From contig NC_058368.1 of NCBI RefSeq assembly GCF_018350175.1, positions 177,384,001 to 177,448,000 of the forward strand: a stretch of DNA of 64,000 nucleotides. The letters run 5' to 3'. The notes beneath the pieces were generated by a model. That model worked only from the letters and a program-made list of their open reading frames with translations, made no database searches and was not told the origin of the DNA. Each line of letters opens with the position of its first letter. Within the stretch, counting starts at the first letter, position 1. Of the stretch, positions 58,859-64,000 are shown one piece after another. Source of the stretch: Felis catus (taxonomy: Eukaryota). A program made the translations under genes and the position numbers.

Positions 58859-59689
58859 GATGCACCATTGTTTAATGTGCCAATGAACTGTCCGTGGATC
58901 GCAAGGCACAATGAGAAACTGTGGGGTTAGGGGAGGGGATGTCCTTGAGGAGATGAATACTGTGGTCTAAACTGGGCATCTGTCTCTCACAAGAATAAGA
59001 TTCCAATTCATTCATATGCCCTTCCTCTCCACCCTGGACATTCGCCCTGAGCACAGACAGCTTGGGGTGGCTTCCTCTCCTATAGGAGAGTTATTTGGGA
59101 GGAGGAGGGAAGAGAAGCAGCCGGTATACCTGCAGAAGTGGAAGGACAGCGTGTAGAGCCATTCCTGTCCCATAAGAAGCAAAGCTGTGAACTCTGGGCT
59201 GGGGCACACGCTGGGAAGTCTAAGCAAGCATGTACTGTACGCTTTTTACCTCATTCCCTTTTCACATCAACTTGCGGGAGAGCTGCAGCTGTCGTGGTTT
59301 TTCAGAGGGGAAAAGGAAGGCATGCTTAGGTGAACCTGCTCGGCCAAAGTCAGGCAGTAGGACACCATGGCACCAAAATCCCAACCTTCCCAACTTGTGG
59401 CATCCTTTCCCCCTTGGAGCCTGGCTGATTCCACGTGTTTGGTCTTAATTATCCCTAACATTATCGAACAAGACACACTCTGAGAAGAGAGAGCAAAAGT
59501 GTTGCAGAGCAATGCTGTCCCTGAGTGACCACGATCAATACTCACCCCCCTGAAGTCTTAGAAATTCATGGGGAAAACAGTGGCCAGCTGCTGATGTCTC
59601 CTCGTGGCCATCCCTTTTGCATTTGAGCACCTCCAGGAATAAGGGAGACTGTAAGGTGCTGGAGGGGGCCTGGGCTGTCAGGGGCTCAT

Positions 59690-59805
59690 AGTATGACCTT
59701 GGGCATACCCACGGTCACTTCTGTTCCGTGGCCTCAGTTTCCCCATCTTTAAAATGACAGGACCAGCTCACCTTTAAGGCTCTCCTGGACCAAATGTTAG
59801 AACCT
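59690..59805 (+). mobile_element. MIR remnant
   Basis: 'tgaccttgggca...ggcctcagtttccccatctttaaaatg'. Confidence 0.75.
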
Positions 59806-60512
59806 TAGGCACTAACTTTAAGTAATTCACAGTTTGCAGAGATCTCATTTGATCCTCTCACCCAGCCCTTCTCAACCTAGTTTTCTGTTGGCATGCATGT
59901 GATGAGGTCACCACACACGTGGCATTCTGCCATGCAGAATTCCCACAGGCCACTTTCACATTTTGTCCTTTTTCTCTCAAATTTGCATTTGAGAATGCAA
60001 ATGGGGAAGGGTGACATTGTCACAGGGCTAACCTTGGAGACACTTTCAATGGAATGATTGTAACCCAAAACATTGGAAATATTAGTGCTTTGACATTAGC
60101 AAATAATTACATTGCCAGGCTTCTCCCAACTGATTCTGACCCACAAGGTTGTCTAGACACAGTGGATCAAAGCCACGGCTGTAATGAGCCCAAGACGAGA
60201 CAGCACTGGCTTCAGACTCATGTAAGGAGCTAAAGCAAATGGTGTTTTAATAGCTGGTGTCAAAATTCCTCCTAGGAAGGGAATTGTGTTTTAATATAGA
60301 TTGAACTGAGGGAGGTAGGACACTGAGGGCCCTAGGGACAGTGTCCAGCACAGAGACAGCTCAGGAGGAAGGAAGGGAAAGGAGCAGGAAGGGGAGAGGA
60401 GGGGAGGAAGGAGCCAGCAAGAGAATGGAAGCCTCTCCTATGTTGGATGTCTCTCTGTCGTGTGATACCCAAACTTTCAGACACTCTCCCAAATGATCCA
60501 GTGGTGCATGCA

Positions 60513-60516
<4 letters not shown>

Positions 60517-60550
<34 letters not shown>

Positions 60551-60560
60551 TGTGTGTGTG
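60517..60560. repeat. (TG)15(CG)2(TG)5 compound microsatellite
   Basis: Direct reading. Confidence 0.97.
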
Positions 60561-60964
60561 ATGAATTCATCGGATGGGGCTATCAGACAACATACATATT
60601 CTTACTGTAGGAGCCAAGAAGCATGACTGATGATGAGACCCCAAACCTCTGAAAATTCACAGAAGTCTTAGAAGGTTCTAATCTGCTCCAGCTGATGGGA
60701 TTGAGGTCTTCAGGCAACCCTAGCTAGACCTGCAGCTGACATGGCCTCATCTGACCTGTGGGTTTTCACCCATTTTGCAGATGGGTGGCCAAAAGGGCTT
60801 GCCAAAATTGAGCAACACTTGCTCATTTTTTCCACCCAGATATTTGTCGCTCATGGACCCTGATCCCGTCTCTCCATCTTCTCCTTCAAGGCCCAGCGTA
60901 TTCACCAATTTAGTAAATCCCTGGACAATCGTGGTGCCTGCCCTTCCTCAACATTTATTTAGTT

Positions 60965-61275
60965 AGGTTTTTATTTTGAAATAGTGTTAGATTTACAAGA
61001 GCTAGAAAGGCAATGAGAGGGTTTCCACATAGCCTTTACCCAGCTTCCCCTAATGCAAATATCTTCTGTGACATTCGTCCCAACTAAGAACGTTGATGGG
61101 ACACTATTAAACTACTCCTAGTGCATCAGCCTTATGCCAATTTCACCAGTTTATTCGCTAACGTCCTTGCTCCTGTCCAGGATACCGTGTCGCATTTAGT
61201 CATTATGTCTCCTTGGCCTCCTCCCATCTGTGAAAACTCCCCAGTCCGTCTTCGTTTTTCATGACTTTGAGTATT
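60965..61275 (-). mobile_element. Ancient L1M 3' UTR fragment
   Basis: 'tttacccagcttcccctaatg', 'atttcaccagttt', 'gcatttagtcattatgtctcctt'. Confidence 0.75.
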
Positions 61276-61839
61276 ATACACGTTGGCTCTCCACTTACAC
61301 ACTTACCAATTCATCCAATTGACCCGTCAGCTCACCCACGTGGTGTCAGGGCTTCTGCCAGGCACCGGGAACTCAGAAGTGAATCAGGTGAGTTCCCTGA
61401 TCTCAAGGAGCTTACAGACAAGGGGATTAGCAAGAAGCGGACCACAAAATCAGAGTGAGAAAAGTCACGGCAGGGGAAGGCACAGGTGGCAAGAGCTGAA
61501 CCCATGAGTGTAAATGGAAGGGCTGGAGCCGGGAGCGGAACCACAGAGCAGCAGAGGGATGGTCCGCCCTCAAGGGCCACCTGATTGTATAAGGATCTGG
61601 ATCAGTGAGGCATCAGTGCAGATAGACCCGATACCTCATCCCTATGCAGAAACACACTTCAACAGCAATACCTAAGCCCCGTGTATGATAGGAAGGTGTT
61701 GTGTCCACTCCCCACTCCCCCAAGATAGATAGAAGCCCTACTGCTTGGTACCTGTGAATGTTACCTTGTCTGGAGATCTTGCAATACATGCTACACACAG
61801 AGATCCTTCTGGAGCCCTCTTACCCCGTTAGGCCTTCTT

Positions 61840-62069
61840 TTTATTATTATTATTTTTAAATTTTTTCATGTTTATTTGAGAGAGAGAGAGAGAGAGAGAG
61901 AGACTGAGCAGGGGAGGGGCAGGACAAGAGGGAGACACAGAATCCGAAGCAGGCTCCAGGACCGGAGCTGTCAGCGCAGAGTCCGATGAGGGGCTCGAAC
62001 CCACGAACCACAAGGTCATGACCTGAGCCGAAGTCAGACACCCGACCGACTGAGCCACTCAGGCGCCCC
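61840..62069 (-). mobile_element. Can-SINE
   Basis: 13-bp TSD gttaggccttctt (61827-61839 / 62071-62083). Confidence 0.96.
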
Positions 62070-62399
62070 AGTTAGGCCTTCTTCTTAAGTGAGGTCCTTT
62101 CCCGAAGGCTATAGCCCAGCTATTTTCTATAGTCCTCCCTTAGCCCATGAGAAAAGTCCACCTTCTTTGCCCCACCAGACTCTGGAAGGGCACGGCAGCA
62201 TTCTCTCTTTCGTTAGTTCTCGTGAGCAGACCCCCAGGCTTTTGCCTTCAGACTTCCCTCGTGAGAGGCAGATACCATGTCTAGATAACTCCAGGTGTGC
62301 CAGTTCAGTTTTCCCAACGATTTTTCTACCACCTGTACACTCCAACGGCATCACAGGGCGAACCTGCAGCAGAACATCTAAATAAAAGTGCATAGTAAA

Positions 62400-62832
62400 G
62401 ACATAATTATTTCACATAACACACTTCCAGGTTGGTCCAGAGGCTCAGTAGCTCTGGATTAATGTCTCTGTATGAGTCTCTTTGACTCAAGAGGGCAAGA
62501 TGGCTGCAGCCTCTCCAGGGATCACAGCTTCATCAGCAGAGTCCAAAGTGCCTGTGCGTGTGTGTGTGGGAGGAAAGGACATTTTCCTGAGTGCCTCTGC
62601 CCTTAGTCTTTCTGAAAAGCTCCTGGCGAACTTTCCCTTCCCCCTTACGCTTCATTGGCCAGAATCGTAGGACCAATCCTAGACCAATCACTGCCAAGAA
62701 GGAATGGGAGGACCAAAACTGGAATAGAACGATCCTGACTCCACTTTTGGAGCCAGCACAAAATCGGGATACTGTTCTCTAGGAAGGAAGGGAGAATGGC
62801 TGCCGGGTAGGAGACCAGCAGCACCTGCCACA
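62400..62832 (-). mobile_element. Old MaLR LTR remnant (MLT1L-like)
   Basis: 'gcaagatggctgcagcctctccagg', 'tcattggccagaat', 'aaggaagggagaatggctgccgggtagg'. Confidence 0.55.
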
Positions 62833-62930
62833 CGCATTTCAGATGCTTCTGAAATTTTTCACTATGTAGATAATACTGTCCTAAATAGTCTTTGGCATAA
62901 AGATTTTTGTATATTTAAAAGATCGCCTTA

Positions 62931-63164
62931 GGGGCACCCGGGTGGCTCAGTCAGCTAAGCATCTGACTTCGGCTCAGGTCATGATCTCACGGCTCATGGG
63001 GTCAAGCCCCGCGTCAGGCTCTGCACTGACAGCTCAGAGCCTGGAGCCTGCTTCAGATCCTGTGTCTCCCTCTCTCTCTGCCCTTCCCCTGCTCTCACTC
63101 TGTCTCTCTCTCTCTGTCTCTCTCTGTGTGTCTCTCAAAAAATTAAAAAAAAAAACATTAAAGA
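62931..63164 (+). mobile_element. Can-SINE
   Basis: 14-bp TSD aaaagatcKcctta (62917-62930 / 63165-63178). Confidence 0.96.
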
Positions 63165-63767
63165 AAAAGATCTCCTTAGTGAGGTGGTTGGATACACACA
63201 CTCCATGTTGTCTTGGGAATCAGGCTGGAGGTGCACAGTCAGGGGACTTTTCTGCATCTCAGTGCCCCTCGAGCTGTGTCCTCCCCTCCTCAGGCTAGCT
63301 GTCACTGTCATTTGTTACAGCACATCACCTGCAGTGTGTGAGTAGCTGGCCAGGGTTAACGTTCGCTGGCTTTGTGCCCAGGGACAGAATATTATCAGCT
63401 GATACAGACAATCTGATTACTTCCATATTTTCCTATTTCTACTTTTATTTTGGCTTATCCTTTGACTATTTTTTGAGCTCTAGTCCAGTCTAGTCAAAAC
63501 ACTGTAGCCAATCCCAACCTCAGAATTTGTGTCAAACCCAACTTTAACGACTTAGAACAAAACCTTAAGTCAACCAACAGAATCCATTTTTCTATTAGCC
63601 ACTTCTCTGGAAATCTTCCAATGTGCACTTTTGATTAGCGACTGGATTAAGAAACCCCACTGCTGCCCACCGGAGGCTATACAGGAATCAGATTTAATGA
63701 ACCCCAACCATTAGATTTCCCAGAGATGGAATTCATTGGCCAAACTGCATAATAATTATTGGGTGGC

Positions 63768-64000
63768 CTGTTAGTTATGAAAGGTATTGTTAGCTGCTAT
63801 AATGAAGAATCCTCAAATTGCAGTGGCTTAACTCAATGGAAGTTGGTATCCTATGCATAAAGTTTCATCCGGGGGCTTTGGCCAAGCAGCCTTCTAGGTG
63901 GTGACTCAGGGACCTGGGTTCCTTTCGTCTTGATACACTACCCTCTTTTATGGCCCCAGATTCTCCCTATGCAGCCAGTGGATGGGGGAAAGCAAATGTG
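63768..64000 (-). mobile_element. MaLR LTR (MLT1J-like), runs off the window
   Basis: 'tagctgctataa...cagtggcttaac', 'ggtgactcagggacctgggttccttt'. Confidence 0.6.

Noticed and set aside
1..64000. Naming the host gene, locus or exact species
   Set aside because: No recognisable exon; the SINE subfamily supports Felidae but not a species or locus without a genome search

Overview
Mammalian non-coding genomic DNA, almost certainly from a felid (cat lineage). It carries about 25 Can-SINE copies, three of them of the young felid SINEC_Fc type, on a dense background of ancient eutherian repeats: MIR, L2, L1M, MLT1/MLT2/MER21/LTR16-like LTRs and hAT MITEs (MER20, MER33, MER53, MER103). I recognise no protein-coding exon, RNA gene, CRISPR array or autonomous element. 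The ORF track is explained by SINEs, simple repeats and chance. I cannot name the locus. Several repeat-free islands look like enhancers, so this is probably a large intron or a gene-poor regulatory interval. I do not see a clearly new biological system. Best leads: (1) a small orphan CpG island built inside L2 remnants, with a perfect NRF1 palindrome, an ETS site and a G-quadruplex; (2) ancient repeats with directional A/T->G/C change; (3) an exact 18-bp motif shared by two repeat-free islands 49 kb apart, with a degenerate copy in a third; (4) a SINE inserted antisense inside another SINE, giving a long hairpin; (5) a MER21/SINE deletion junction. Repeat family names come from recalled consensus sequences, not a database search. 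Boundaries of ancient repeats are approximate.
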